From a virus, in IMG/VR virus record IMGVR_UViG_3300027896_000014, positions 81,244-145,243 of that record: 64,000 nt of DNA. One strand, given 5' to 3'. The notes under the pieces are model-generated. The model was not told the origin of the DNA and did not search any database. It saw only the letters and a list, made by a program, of their open reading frames with translations. Of this stretch, positions 1 through 10,696 are shown piece by piece (positions within the stretch are counted from its first letter, which is position 1; every line of letters starts with the position of its first letter). A program made the position numbers and the translations under genes.

Positions 1-628
1 CTTTCAATTTCTCTGGATCAGTTGTTGTTCCAGGAGGGAAAAAGTCTCCCTTCAATTCTTTTCGGCCTTCCTCACCTATATATTTTCCGAACGGAAGCTG
101 AGATTCTACCATTTCCAATGCGGTAGCTGGAATAGCAGCCAGATAGGGATGACGAGCAGCAAATGGAGAAGTGACAACTTTGGGTTCAACAACGGGAGGC
201 ACCTTGAGAGTCGGCCTTACTGGCTCATGAGAAGGGATGGGTTCCTCTTTCGGAAACCCCGACAAATCAACTCCTGGTTGTGCAGGTGTTTCACGTGCCA
301 CTTCAGCTGGCACTGGAGAAGGCTTCGGTCTCTCCATCGGTCTCATGAGATTCGGGTTAATCAGACCGGGAGGGGTGATGGGTGACACTGTTCGTTCCGG
401 GACAAGAGGGGTAGGGGACTTCTCAACAATCGGTTTAGGCAAGGCTTCCTGTACGGTAGGCTTTGCTTCGACACTCTTTTGAGGAGCGAGGTAGTTAATG
501 ATATCCTTGTGTGAGAATCCTGCTTTTATATGTTTTTGGAGGTCAAAATTTCTCGTCGAAGCAAGGTATTCTGCTATCTGCTCATCGGTTGCACCTTTAT
601 CTCGTGCCCACTGTATATCGTATGGCAT
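1..628 (-). CDS. Internal virion/ejection protein, N-terminal part (partial, runs off the window)
   Basis: ATG overlaps the stop of the 695-aa gene (TAATG); my translation MPYDIQWARDKGATDEQIAEYLASTRNFDLQKHIKAGFSHKDIINYL... stays open to position 1; Pro-rich. Confidence 0.75.
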   Translation of the reverse strand, partial: MPYDIQWARDKGATDEQIAEYLASTRNFDLQKHIKAGFSHKDIINYLAPQKSVEAKPTVQEALPKPIVEKSPTPLVPERTVSPITPPGLINPNLMRPMERPKPSPVPAEVARETPAQPGVDLSGFPKEEPIPSHEPVRPTLKVPPVVEPKVVTSPFAARHPYLAAIPATALEMVESQLPFGKYIGEEGRKELKGDFFPPGTTTDPEKLK

Positions 629-2715
629 TACCGTTCTCCACCAGAAAGATCGAGCGAAGACCGTTCCCGCTGTATTGCTCCAGGCATCGTGGGTTCAGTC
701 GTTCCTAACCCAAGACCAGGAGGCAATATCTTTCTTGTTTCGGTTGGGACATTGCCTTTCCTATTTAGTAAATCTACATTTGCATGTGTTCCCGCTATAG
801 CGGCAGATTTTATGGCATTGGTAAGAATATCCTTAATCAGAGGAGATTTTTGAATTCCCGTTGTCATATATCTGAATCCAGAAGGAGAAGTCATAAATTT
901 AGCAACGGCATAAGGACCTCCAAACAAAAAAACAACCCCCATTGCCGTAGAAGCAGGACGGTTCTTCCATGCTCCATAACTGACCAGCCCTCCTCCGGTA
1001 ATTATTTGGATCGTATGAAGTGTTTGAGCTGTGCCGGATGGATTCCCTGCTATCTTCTCAGCCATTCCAATATGTCGAGATAACTTTCTAAAGTCATCAA
1101 TCATTTTAAATTCTTTTTCATTAAATAAAGTTTTTAGGTATTTATCCCCAAATTTGTCTAACTCTATTCCCGTGGATGGGGCATCAAGAATTTTTACGAT
1201 ACCCGCCGGTGTTGTTAAATTTCTTTGGTGGCGGCTAAATAAATCAGTCAACCAAGCCTGCTTAACGCTCTGGAGTGTCGATTCCGGCAATACCTTTTTG
1301 ATGTCTTGTAATTCCGTAAGATTGCCCTTTGATATGATGTTTAAAAAATCCTCATTTTGAACCGTTGAAATTCTGCTACCTATGGAAGGTTTGCCTAAAG
1401 GTGTTTTCCCTTTAAATACCCCGAATATCTCTTCCCTCTGCCATTTCCGTGCATCATCAAGTGCAGATTTGGCAAGTGTTCCCGCTTGAGTGGCCGCTAA
1501 GTCCATATCTTTATCTATTGCTTTAAGCACTTGAGCAGCAATCCTATTCCCTACATCCCCAGATATTTCTTTATGGAAAGATAATTTAGATATAGCCCTT
1601 CTGATAGACTCAAGCTCAGAGAAATCCATTGTTTTTGCTATGCCCTGGCCTTGTAATTTGGCCAGAACATCTATGGGCATTCCTCCATATCTCGTGCCTG
1701 CCGTAACATTTGGAATCGGGCTAATATCTGAGAAAATCTTTTTCAGGACTGACTTTATTGGGGCTGGCAAATATTGAAAGTCTTTAGAATTTCTAATTTC
1801 ATTTACCAACTTGCTGGTGCTGGTTACCGTTGTCGGAGTCCCCGTCGCTTCCTTAGCGGCAATGTCATAGAGGTTATTTCCAAACTTTTCTATTGGGTCA
1901 AATTTTACTGCCATTCCTTCTCTCGCCACCTCACCCATAACGGTCTTGTCAAATGGACCTCCAAGACCAGCCAAAACTCTTTCACTATAAGCATTCATGT
2001 CTTGAATAGTTTTTGCTGCGGCTTTTTGGGTCACTCCTGCCCCCCCTATTGCCTTATCAGCCGCATTAAAAAGTAGAGCCTGTGTCTTATTCCCCGTGAT
2101 ATCTGGAGCAAGAACCGATACGTTCTCTCTCTTCGCCAAATCAATGATTCCTTGCATCTCCTTGGTCGTAGCTTTTGCGGTTCCAGGCAAAAGCTTATTA
2201 ATAAAACTTTGTCCAGCCTCTATTGCCATAGGAGCTGCTTTTTCTACAGGGATAGTTTTTTCTAAGGTCTTGGCTCCAAAACCAGGAATTATATTTGAAA
2301 CGCCCTTGTAAACACTTTTGGCAAGAGTAGGGACATTATAAGTTGCCCAATCCAATGCTTCTTTCCCTACGGCGGGTGTCAATTTACCTCCCGTTTTCAA
2401 TAATCCAAGAGTTCCCCCGGTCAAAACATTTTGTGCTGTTTCTACTGGATTAAATAAATATCCTTGAGGAAACCCTGGAGGTTCAAGACCAGGTTCCTTC
2501 TTTGGCCCCTCTACCGGAGGAGGAGTGATATATTGTTTCTCTTTGACTCCTAATTTTCCAAGGAGACCGAAAATACCACCAGCGGGTTCCTCTCCAACCT
2601 GAATAGGTGCTTCGGTGGCGGATGTTTTCTTCTCCTCTATCGCTCCACCGGATTTAATATGCTGAGATATCTCGTCCTCAGAAAATCCCGCTTGTCTTAG
2701 CTGTTCAGCATTCAT
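628..2715 (-). CDS. Internal virion/DNA ejection protein (695 aa)
   Basis: Large helical Ala/Gly/Lys-rich ORF after the tail genes; N-terminus LRQAGFSEDEI typical of podovirus ejection proteins. Confidence 0.7.
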   Translation of the reverse strand: MNAEQLRQAGFSEDEISQHIKSGGAIEEKKTSATEAPIQVGEEPAGGIFGLLGKLGVKEKQYITPPPVEGPKKEPGLEPPGFPQGYLFNPVETAQNVLTGGTLGLLKTGGKLTPAVGKEALDWATYNVPTLAKSVYKGVSNIIPGFGAKTLEKTIPVEKAAPMAIEAGQSFINKLLPGTAKATTKEMQGIIDLAKRENVSVLAPDITGNKTQALLFNAADKAIGGAGVTQKAAAKTIQDMNAYSERVLAGLGGPFDKTVMGEVAREGMAVKFDPIEKFGNNLYDIAAKEATGTPTTVTSTSKLVNEIRNSKDFQYLPAPIKSVLKKIFSDISPIPNVTAGTRYGGMPIDVLAKLQGQGIAKTMDFSELESIRRAISKLSFHKEISGDVGNRIAAQVLKAIDKDMDLAATQAGTLAKSALDDARKWQREEIFGVFKGKTPLGKPSIGSRISTVQNEDFLNIISKGNLTELQDIKKVLPESTLQSVKQAWLTDLFSRHQRNLTTPAGIVKILDAPSTGIELDKFGDKYLKTLFNEKEFKMIDDFRKLSRHIGMAEKIAGNPSGTAQTLHTIQIITGGGLVSYGAWKNRPASTAMGVVFLFGGPYAVAKFMTSPSGFRYMTTGIQKSPLIKDILTNAIKSAAIAGTHANVDLLNRKGNVPTETRKILPPGLGLGTTEPTMPGAIQRERSSLDLSGGER

Positions 2716-2718
2716 TTT

Positions 2719-5589
2719 TTACCCTCCAGTCCTTTTCAGATACTGCTGGATGGTTTCTCCGGGTAAACGTGACGCAACTTCTCCCGCCTGCCCTTGCTCT
2801 CCCACTGGATCAATTTTGTTCGCATCAATTCCAATGCCTTTGAGAATTTCACGGGATTTTTGGGATAAAAGTCTAAAATCTTTTGGCTTTCCCATTCCTG
2901 TCTCATATTGTGACTGTAAGGCTCCCAATCTTGATCCCATAAGTTCAATCGAACCGTCAATAAAAGCCTTCCACATTGTAGGAGTTGCAGTCGAGGGGTC
3001 GGTAATGGTATCGGCCCACGCCTTTATTGCCGGATCTGTAGCTCCACTTCTTTTGAATATACCTGCCATTTCATCCTTAACTGCATTAAACTTTGTCTTC
3101 ACACCCGCCACTGTTCCTTGTCTTGCAACCAATCCAGGGGTTACAGGAAAATATTTAGCCAATAAATTTACTGCAGCATTGCCTGTTACCCAATTACTAT
3201 TGGCAAGATCTTTCTGGGCATTAACTAAAGAATTAATATGTCCAACCGCAGTATTTAGGCCCAATATATTTTTTGCAGCAGTCCCAGAAGTAAAATCAAT
3301 CCTCAATCTCTGACGGACCGGATATTGAGTAGAATCGAAACTTGGATCATACAAGGCCGCCCTTGCAATAATATTTTTCCATTGTGGCGACCGTAAGGCG
3401 AACGAACTTGGATATGGGATTTTATAATCCACTAAATTTTTAATCACTGCTGCATCACTGGAGCTAAGCCCTTCCAATGCTGCTTCATTCCTTTGTCCGG
3501 GAAGACCAGGCGGAATTTCTCCAATTTCTGGTACTGCTACTCCTCCGCTTTGAATATCTATCTTCCTTTTTTTCTCGGCATCCAGTGTTCTCTGCGCCAC
3601 AATGGCCTCCGCAGTTGGTTTTCCATCCGGCCCCTTCTCTCCAGCTTTTGCAATAAGACCTAATTCGGTAGGAGATGGAACTGGCCTTTCTGCTCTCTTT
3701 ATTTCTGCTTGTTTGTCTAAAATTTCCTGATAGGTAGGTCTTCTATCAATCCCCTGCCTTTTAAGATCTTCCACGACTGCTCCTTTTGCTAATTCAAATT
3801 CGGTTGGAGATACCGCTCTTCCTTGACCTCTAGCCTCAACCGCAGCAACTCTCTCTTCTGATCCAAAGATTTTTTCTGGTATTCCCGCACTAATCCCGGT
3901 TAGGCGTGCTAACTGTTCCGTGAGCATTGGAATGTTTTTTAATGCCTCATCTCGCTGTATCCTTGCTGTCTTGGGGTTCTGAGACAACCCAAACCCCTGG
4001 GCTATATTTTTGTATTGGTCAAGCGATTTCTGGATTGCATCTATCGAAGGTTTAGTCTCTTCTCTGGCAACATCCATGATGCGCTCTTCAGGATGGACAT
4101 CGTAGTAGGTTGGTTTTGGACCCAATGAAGCCAGAGCTTGCTCTCGTCTGGTTTTTGCCCCCCCCTCTAACGTTGGCCTTAATGTCTCCAATGCCTCTTC
4201 CTGGGTAGGACGAACCCATCCTTTAGGAGTTGTAATTCCACCTTGACCTTCTGCACCGCGTATGGAATAACGGGTTTCTCCAGAGGGAAGAACTTCTTTA
4301 TTAATATCAGAAAGATTTCCCGATATACCGCCCTCTACCGGTTTGGTGGGTTCAGTCCCTGCGATCGGTGTCTGTTCCACCTTTTGAGCCTTGGGAACAG
4401 TCACAGTTGGCACACGAGAAGAAGCAAGAGATTCTATCGGAAACGCTGTTTTTAGCAGTTCCGCACGTCTTTTGCGCTCCTCTTCCGAAAGACCTTCAAG
4501 AGGATCAGGAGAAACTGCTCCTCCCTCTTGCCTTGACAATAGTGGTGTCATGCCAGGAGCCCCCGATGCCGCTTTTAAACGCTCGTATAAATCTGGCTCC
4601 TGAGCAATTCCATACTTCTTATTGTAAGCAGCCAACTGATCGGAACGAAACACGGGGGATCTCGTATTCTCCCTAAATGGAGGAGGATTTAATCCCTCCG
4701 TAACAGCAGGGGGTGGCGGAGGTGGTGGCGTTGCCGTATCGGTATCCGCCTGATCCGCATTACGCTGAGGAGCGTATGAGGCTAAAGAAAGTGTGGATGT
4801 CAGTGGTAGAGGCTTCGGTTCTAACGACTCCAAATTAGAAACCCATGGCGAGACATGGATAGGAGTAGACTTTAATAATGATGTGTTACGTCCCGCTTCA
4901 ATTCCTTGTTGGGTGGAAGCTCCCAAATTTTCATAAGAGGTCTCTTTAAAAAGGCTTGGATTAACTTCTCCACCCTCTTGCTTCGGGACAAGTGGAATTG
5001 TTGATCCAGCTTCCGTAGGGGTTGTCGTTAATGTTTGCTTCCCTTCCGGGGCAAAAGAACTCAACCCTCCCTCCGATGGGATATATTTACCCCCCTCCCA
5101 CCTACCAGCTTTCATTCCGGGTCTATAGTATATTGATTGATCGCTGAAAGACGGGTGCCCTGGTAACTTATAGGTATCTGGTAAATGTTCCGTTATACTC
5201 CTATGCCCTTTTAGCCAAGCTCCTCGGGTGTCATAAAAGTGTCTCGGATCATCTGGGTTTGGATTAAGTCCCATATTCTTTGCACGCTCTGCATACCATC
5301 CCTGGAAATTCTGCTCCATTTCAGGTGTAAACAAAGATTTCCAGTCCGGGGGTTGCCCTCCAGGGCTTACTTCTCCCCCGTCTTGTCTTGATTCCAACGG
5401 TATGACATTACCTTTTTTTGCAGGGAAGTATACTCCAGGGGCCGTCACTACTTCCGGCGCCCTCTCGGCTATCGTATAACCATGTGTCGGCTTCTGCACT
5501 TTCGGAGATCTTGGCTCCTTCAGGATATCCGAGAGGATATCAACCAGCCTCACATTCGTCCGTTTGTGCCAATCCTGTGATAGTTCCAT
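2719..5589 (-). CDS. Internal virion/ejection protein (956 aa)
   Basis: Position; long low-complexity N-half with three (R/K)QxGGxV motifs; helical C-half. Confidence 0.65.
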   Translation of the reverse strand: MELSQDWHKRTNVRLVDILSDILKEPRSPKVQKPTHGYTIAERAPEVVTAPGVYFPAKKGNVIPLESRQDGGEVSPGGQPPDWKSLFTPEMEQNFQGWYAERAKNMGLNPNPDDPRHFYDTRGAWLKGHRSITEHLPDTYKLPGHPSFSDQSIYYRPGMKAGRWEGGKYIPSEGGLSSFAPEGKQTLTTTPTEAGSTIPLVPKQEGGEVNPSLFKETSYENLGASTQQGIEAGRNTSLLKSTPIHVSPWVSNLESLEPKPLPLTSTLSLASYAPQRNADQADTDTATPPPPPPPAVTEGLNPPPFRENTRSPVFRSDQLAAYNKKYGIAQEPDLYERLKAASGAPGMTPLLSRQEGGAVSPDPLEGLSEEERKRRAELLKTAFPIESLASSRVPTVTVPKAQKVEQTPIAGTEPTKPVEGGISGNLSDINKEVLPSGETRYSIRGAEGQGGITTPKGWVRPTQEEALETLRPTLEGGAKTRREQALASLGPKPTYYDVHPEERIMDVAREETKPSIDAIQKSLDQYKNIAQGFGLSQNPKTARIQRDEALKNIPMLTEQLARLTGISAGIPEKIFGSEERVAAVEARGQGRAVSPTEFELAKGAVVEDLKRQGIDRRPTYQEILDKQAEIKRAERPVPSPTELGLIAKAGEKGPDGKPTAEAIVAQRTLDAEKKRKIDIQSGGVAVPEIGEIPPGLPGQRNEAALEGLSSSDAAVIKNLVDYKIPYPSSFALRSPQWKNIIARAALYDPSFDSTQYPVRQRLRIDFTSGTAAKNILGLNTAVGHINSLVNAQKDLANSNWVTGNAAVNLLAKYFPVTPGLVARQGTVAGVKTKFNAVKDEMAGIFKRSGATDPAIKAWADTITDPSTATPTMWKAFIDGSIELMGSRLGALQSQYETGMGKPKDFRLLSQKSREILKGIGIDANKIDPVGEQGQAGEVASRLPGETIQQYLKRTGG

Positions 5590-5606
5590 GATTTTCTCCT
5601 TTAACC

Positions 5607-7328
5607 CTATGTGCTGGATATGGTCTCAGTCGCACTCGCACTGTCGCTACGGCTCATTGATGCAGCCGCATGGATACTCGACAATGCACCGGCCACTTCT
5701 TGGGCAACGATGGCTCCCATAGCCTTGACAACCTCAATCCTTAATCCGGTGAGAGCTTCGTACTCGTTGATCTGGATTTCAGCATTTTTTTGATAGAGCC
5801 CTGCCCTCGAAATGGCAAGATTCGTTTGCGTCTTCAAGATCTCAATCGCAACGCTACTTAATGCCTGATATGCCTGAATATTAGCCCTGTATGCATCAAC
5901 TTCCGCATTAAAGGTCTTAACCAAGGCATCAATTCTGGCCGATTCTGCCTCAACCCCTACTCTAAACGCCGTTACTTCAGCCACATATGAATCCACAAGG
6001 GTTCTGGCTTCAGCTATCTTTACGTTTGAAACGGCTTGATACACTTTTATGGGAGCGTCTACCCTCGCTATCTCTGCATCGACCCCTACTCTGTACGCTC
6101 CCACCTCAGCTACGTATGTATCCACAAGGGTTCTGGCTTCAGCTATCTTTACGTTTGAAACGGCTTGATACACTTTTATGGGAGCGTCTACCCTCGCTAT
6201 CTCTGCATCGACCCCTACTCTGTACGCTCCCACCTCAGCTGTATAAATATCGACAGAATTCTTTGCTTCAGCTATCTTCACGTTTGAAACCACTTGATAA
6301 ATATCGGTCATAATTCGATATTTTCCGATTTCAATATTATAAACTTGAATTTTGGCCTCAACGGTCGCTCTCGAGGCCTCAAAAAGTCTCTGCTGAGTCG
6401 TTTGAAGGAAGTTCATCAAAATGCTTTCGAGTTGGGTAGCCTGAGCGATTGCTGACTGCCGAACCTGGATGGCAAGGTTTGACTCTTCAATTGCAATTTG
6501 GCCGCTTCTGTCATCATACGCATTTGCATATCTGATGTCCTCAGATTCAACTGCTGCCGATAAAGCTCCATCCGGCAAAGGTAAACCGCTCTTGGACCAC
6601 TCGGCACGTTTCTGGGCCAACATATCCTGATGGAGCAGTAAATCCCTTGCTCTCGCCCTATTCCACTTTGCGGTTTCGACAGATGGTCTATCTATGTCCG
6701 TCTGGACATCAGCTAATAAACGTGCCTTGAGAGCTGTCAGCAATGGTGATTCATACGTTACCGCAGCAGGATTGATGGGATCGGTTTGAACAACAAGGCC
6801 ACTGATGTCTGGAATGGCTAAGCCGCTGAGATCAATGGTTTTAAGATTACCTTTATCCGGGGGCAATCCAATGTTAAAAGTTATATCAGGAGCAGGCAGA
6901 TCAAGACTAAAAGTTTGTCTGACCGGAGGCGATCCAAAATTCATCGTGCTGTCAGGAACAGACAGATCAAGACTAATGGCTTGTCTGACCGGAGGCGATC
7001 CAATGTTCATCGCGCTATCAGGAACAGGCAGATCAAGACTAAAGGTTTGTATGACCGGAGGCGATCCAATGTTCATTGAGGTATCAGGTTTTGTAGGTGT
7101 CGTCTCGGTGAATGGAGTAATGGAATAATCGGCACCCTCAAGCGCGACGTTTGTATCAATTTGCTTGATTTGACCGGAGATGGTCGCAAGATTATTCAAG
7201 AGTCCTTCAGCCAAATTTCTTGCCTGCGTCACATAGTCTCGGGCCAGATCGAATTGTTTTTCAACCTCGACCATCGCCACTTCATAAATAGGGACACCGC
7301 CAACGGTGCCAGGGGTGCCATTAGACAT
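5607..7328 (-). CDS. Virion coiled-coil protein with 20-aa and 39-aa tandem repeats
   Basis: 573-aa ORF with visible repeats; lies between tail and ejection genes. Confidence 0.6.
   Translation of the reverse strand: MSNGTPGTVGGVPIYEVAMVEVEKQFDLARDYVTQARNLAEGLLNNLATISGQIKQIDTNVALEGADYSITPFTETTPTKPDTSMNIGSPPVIQTFSLDLPVPDSAMNIGSPPVRQAISLDLSVPDSTMNFGSPPVRQTFSLDLPAPDITFNIGLPPDKGNLKTIDLSGLAIPDISGLVVQTDPINPAAVTYESPLLTALKARLLADVQTDIDRPSVETAKWNRARARDLLLHQDMLAQKRAEWSKSGLPLPDGALSAAVESEDIRYANAYDDRSGQIAIEESNLAIQVRQSAIAQATQLESILMNFLQTTQQRLFEASRATVEAKIQVYNIEIGKYRIMTDIYQVVSNVKIAEAKNSVDIYTAEVGAYRVGVDAEIARVDAPIKVYQAVSNVKIAEARTLVDTYVAEVGAYRVGVDAEIARVDAPIKVYQAVSNVKIAEARTLVDSYVAEVTAFRVGVEAESARIDALVKTFNAEVDAYRANIQAYQALSSVAIEILKTQTNLAISRAGLYQKNAEIQINEYEALTGLRIEVVKAMGAIVAQEVAGALSSIHAAASMSRSDSASATETISST
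5930..6300. repeat. 117-bp (39-aa) coding tandem repeat, about 3 copies
   Basis: VYQAVSNVKIAEARTLVD.YVAEV.A.RVGV.AE.AR.DA units; two copies nearly identical at DNA level. Confidence 0.9.
6860..7090. repeat. 60-bp (20-aa) coding tandem repeat, 3-4 copies
   Basis: gaccggaggcgatccaa and cagatcaagactaa recur every 60 bp (MNIGSPPV.Q..SLDLP.PD). Confidence 0.9.
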
Positions 7329-7338
7329 TGTAGCCTCC

Positions 7339-7839
7339 TTATTTTAAACCCGTATCGGTTATTGTTTTTATTCCCATATCGGCCTTCATTCCACCTTGCC
7401 AATCTGGATTCGCTTCAGACATTCGCTGTACCATAAACATTTCTGATTTCTCCGTTTTAAACCCACATCCCATCGGTTTTCCTGTAAAAGGCCCAAATTC
7501 TTCGCATGAATACATCGTATGATACTTTCCTCCTTCTGAATCAGTACAAGATGGACATATAGATTTAAGTGATAATCCACCCTTACGTCCACATTGAGGA
7601 CAGTCCTTACGAGGGATAATAAATTCCCCAGTCTTTTCGTTCACCATTTCATGAGGTGCCGGCAATCTGGCCGTTTGCGCAGAATTTATCTGTTTTACGA
7701 AAACACCCAAAATCGGTGCGGTTTCATTAAAAAGAATCGTAATATTCTTTTCCTCTGGCAGTCCCTTAGCCTTTCGGATTTCTTTCGCCGCTTCAATCAC
7801 AATCTGTCTAATTTGATGATCACAAGCATCAAAAACCAT
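7339..7839 (-). CDS. Hypothetical Zn-finger protein
   Basis: CPQC, CPSC and further Cys; coupled to neighbours. Confidence 0.6.
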   Translation of the reverse strand: MVFDACDHQIRQIVIEAAKEIRKAKGLPEEKNITILFNETAPILGVFVKQINSAQTARLPAPHEMVNEKTGEFIIPRKDCPQCGRKGGLSLKSICPSCTDSEGGKYHTMYSCEEFGPFTGKPMGCGFKTEKSEMFMVQRMSEANPDWQGGMKADMGIKTITDTGLK

Positions 7840-7850
7840 TTCTTCTTCCT

Positions 7851-9818
7851 TTAAGAATAGGGTAATCCAGTTAACGGATTAAGTGGACAGCACCCGTTTT
7901 GTTTCATAGCATCCGTCCGTGCATCAACTATTGAACCGCATGGAATTGCACAGTCTGAACCTGAATTACAACCCCCTCCCTCCGCCCTGCAACCAATCCA
8001 AGGGCTACTCCCAGTTCCAGGCTCATCACACAACTTGCACGGACATCCAGAATCACATCCCTGACCATCACCAGAATAGAAACAAGTCATCTGTTTTGTT
8101 CCACAATCTTGGTTAAAGCTGGAAAGAAGTGTTCCATCACAACTCCACTCTTTTCCGTTATATATTATTTTACAATAATTTGCATAACCACACTCAGGAA
8201 CCCATCCAGTGCTTACAGTACATGGTATACATAAGGTCCAATCACCCCACCCAAGAGCATATGCGGTTGAAGGAGGATAACAATTAATCGCCAAACTTAT
8301 TGAGGCGCTATTTCCGCAACAATCTGTAACCGTAATGGTCGGGTTATCTACACAATTTACATTTGTGGCTGGAGCCGTATATATTACCGGATTACCACGT
8401 GCGTTTTCTACCGTTAATGTACCTCCCCCACTGGTTATTGCCCATGTATAGGGACCACATCCTTGTTCCGCCATTAATTCCTGGCTTGTGCCACACCCCA
8501 TAAGAAGGGAGGTATATAGAATATACATTCCCGATACTATCCCGCAACATGGGGCAGCATGAACCGTAGCAACTGTCCCACACCGATCCGTAACGTCGAT
8601 AGTAATCTCACTGTGACAGTCCGCCTCCGCACAGTTATAATACCCAATTTCAGAAAAATTTCCCCCAGTTGTCCACCTTCCAGGACCAATTAGCTCCCAC
8701 TTATACGGAAGACAGCTTCCGTTAATTTGGGGAAGAACATAAAATCCAACTGGCTTCACTGGAGTACACGCCATTGTGAGCAAGTCGTCAAGTGATATTT
8801 CAGACGGAACCTCACACATCTTCATGGCTCCGTAATTCATAAAAGGCTGATTAAAACAATTTTGAGGAAAAGAACCTGATTCTGATTCCCACCACAATCC
8901 AGACATACCTGGTCTATCTGGTTGCTTTATACTTCTTCGACTTATATCCTTTTTACAGCAATCTACCTTTACAATAGATTCAAACTTACAAAGGTCTCTT
9001 CCTTGAAATTGAACGAATGCCTTTAAAAAAAGATATCCTAATCCAGTCCTTGAAAAGGTGATAGATGTAGGAGGATATACCCCCCACTCTGTATAGGCTT
9101 TCCATAGAAAATACGAACCTTGGGAATCTGAACCAAACCTTATAATCTCCGCCTGACCAGAATCATATAAACTATAGATAAGATGATTCTTGGGATCAGG
9201 GAGTACCGGAGGAACCTTTAATGGAAATCCCTGAAAATAGGGAACAGGCTCGCCCAGGTAAAGAAGTTTCGTAGCATCGTAGGTATACGGATGGCATATA
9301 GGTAAGGCTAATTCATCTGATTTACAAATTGAAAAATCAATAGGGGCACAATCATTGCAATCCCTTAAATTCAATCTATAATAAGTCTTGATATAGTCAA
9401 CACCCTCTACCTCAGGTTTCCCATCGGGTGCCGTTATTACCCATCCACCTCCAACTTTTGTAAACGTTTCTTTTCCGAGAGCGTACCATTTCATTGGTGG
9501 AATAGCATCAGGAAGATCAAGGATTGTAATCGAACAGGAAGGGAGTCCTGCCCTACCTGCATCAATTTCAATAAAGTCCTGACCAAATATTGAACTCACA
9601 ATGATAGTTGTTCCAGGTACGGGCGAACGTTTGTCTTGAAGCGATTTCAATTTTGGAACAGCTATGTTCATCCTGTTTTTCAACTGATAGAGCATATTCT
9701 TGGCTTCCCCAACAAACTGTTGGCAATAGGCCGGATCTCCGGTAAGGTTCCACGAGACTTCTGCGGAAGGGTATCTGTATCTCCAATCATCTAACTGCGT
9801 ATCGTCTTTCTTTGCCAT
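7851..9818 (-). CDS. Cys-rich tail-region protein with Ig-like repeats
   Basis: 655 aa; GPY.W.I..GG...Y.AP...ITVTD.CG Ig-like segments; very Cys-rich C-terminus. Confidence 0.55.
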   Translation of the reverse strand: MAKKDDTQLDDWRYRYPSAEVSWNLTGDPAYCQQFVGEAKNMLYQLKNRMNIAVPKLKSLQDKRSPVPGTTIIVSSIFGQDFIEIDAGRAGLPSCSITILDLPDAIPPMKWYALGKETFTKVGGGWVITAPDGKPEVEGVDYIKTYYRLNLRDCNDCAPIDFSICKSDELALPICHPYTYDATKLLYLGEPVPYFQGFPLKVPPVLPDPKNHLIYSLYDSGQAEIIRFGSDSQGSYFLWKAYTEWGVYPPTSITFSRTGLGYLFLKAFVQFQGRDLCKFESIVKVDCCKKDISRRSIKQPDRPGMSGLWWESESGSFPQNCFNQPFMNYGAMKMCEVPSEISLDDLLTMACTPVKPVGFYVLPQINGSCLPYKWELIGPGRWTTGGNFSEIGYYNCAEADCHSEITIDVTDRCGTVATVHAAPCCGIVSGMYILYTSLLMGCGTSQELMAEQGCGPYTWAITSGGGTLTVENARGNPVIYTAPATNVNCVDNPTITVTDCCGNSASISLAINCYPPSTAYALGWGDWTLCIPCTVSTGWVPECGYANYCKIIYNGKEWSCDGTLLSSFNQDCGTKQMTCFYSGDGQGCDSGCPCKLCDEPGTGSSPWIGCRAEGGGCNSGSDCAIPCGSIVDARTDAMKQNGCCPLNPLTGLPYS

Positions 9819-10696
9819 TACGATTCCTCTGTCACATTCTTAAGGCGGACCCTTTGATAAGCAAAACTTCCCTCTGGCGCTTGATCTGGCATCTTTAAGG
9901 AGGTTTTCTCATAAGCAAAATCTCCTTCTTTTCCAGGTTCACCAGGTCTCAATTTTAAAAATTGATATCCGAATTTCTCTAGAACTTTCGCTTTGACCTG
10001 AAATACGCTAATTGCATCAATTCTATGAAGGTGTTGAAGTGCCTGGACGATAAGAAAATGGTTTTGAGATAAATCTACTGTCCCCAAAGAATGGCTATGG
10101 ATTAGATCCTCTACCACCAAAATGAATGAAATAAGAAGAGCAACATTCCCTATCCCGTGAGCGTGTGCTAAACTATCCACAAGAAGGTTATGAACCTGGG
10201 AAAGGCTAACTCCACCCAAGGCGTGTGAATGATTTATGGCTTGGACGACAAGCTGATGGATCTGTGTCAGCGTAGGTGCATCGATAGAGTGGGTGTGGGA
10301 GAGAACTTGGACAATCAGATTATGGATCTGCGTAAGCGCAATATTATCGATCGTATTCGCGTGGGCAAGGTTCGCCACCGCAAGGTTATGAACCTGGGAA
10401 AGGCTAACTCCACCCAAGGCGTGTGAATGATTTATGGCTTGGACGACAAGCTGATGGATCTGAAATAAGGTCAGTCCACCATCAATGGCATGCGCATGGG
10501 AAAGAGCCTCCACTACCAAGAGATGAATCTGGGTTAGAACAATATTGTCAATGGCGTTGGCGTGGCTTAGAGCATCAACCGTAAGATTATGGACCTGCGT
10601 GAGCGCAACACCATCAATAGCGTTGGCATGGGCTAAATTGTCCACGGCCAACTGAAACTCTCCGCAAATAATAGGAACTATCCAATTAGGAAGCAT
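9818..10696 (-). CDS. Tail-associated repeat protein (22-aa His-rich repeats)
   Basis: Start moved to the ATG overlapping the upstream TGA; Q.H.L.V..L.H.H.ID.V.L repeats; 81 bp identical at 10184-10264 and 10382-10462. Confidence 0.65.
   Translation of the reverse strand: MLPNWIVPIICGEFQLAVDNLAHANAIDGVALTQVHNLTVDALSHANAIDNIVLTQIHLLVVEALSHAHAIDGGLTLFQIHQLVVQAINHSHALGGVSLSQVHNLAVANLAHANTIDNIALTQIHNLIVQVLSHTHSIDAPTLTQIHQLVVQAINHSHALGGVSLSQVHNLLVDSLAHAHGIGNVALLISFILVVEDLIHSHSLGTVDLSQNHFLIVQALQHLHRIDAISVFQVKAKVLEKFGYQFLKLRPGEPGKEGDFAYEKTSLKMPDQAPEGSFAYQRVRLKNVTEES

Noticed and set aside
5930-7090. Regular repeats as a CRISPR array
   Set aside because: Units are multiples of 3, coding, and lack unique spacers; no cas genes.
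10184-10462. 81-bp direct repeat in a tail gene as a DGR TR/VR pair
   Set aside because: Copies are identical, in frame within one repeat protein, show no A-specific mismatches, and no reverse transcriptase is in the window.
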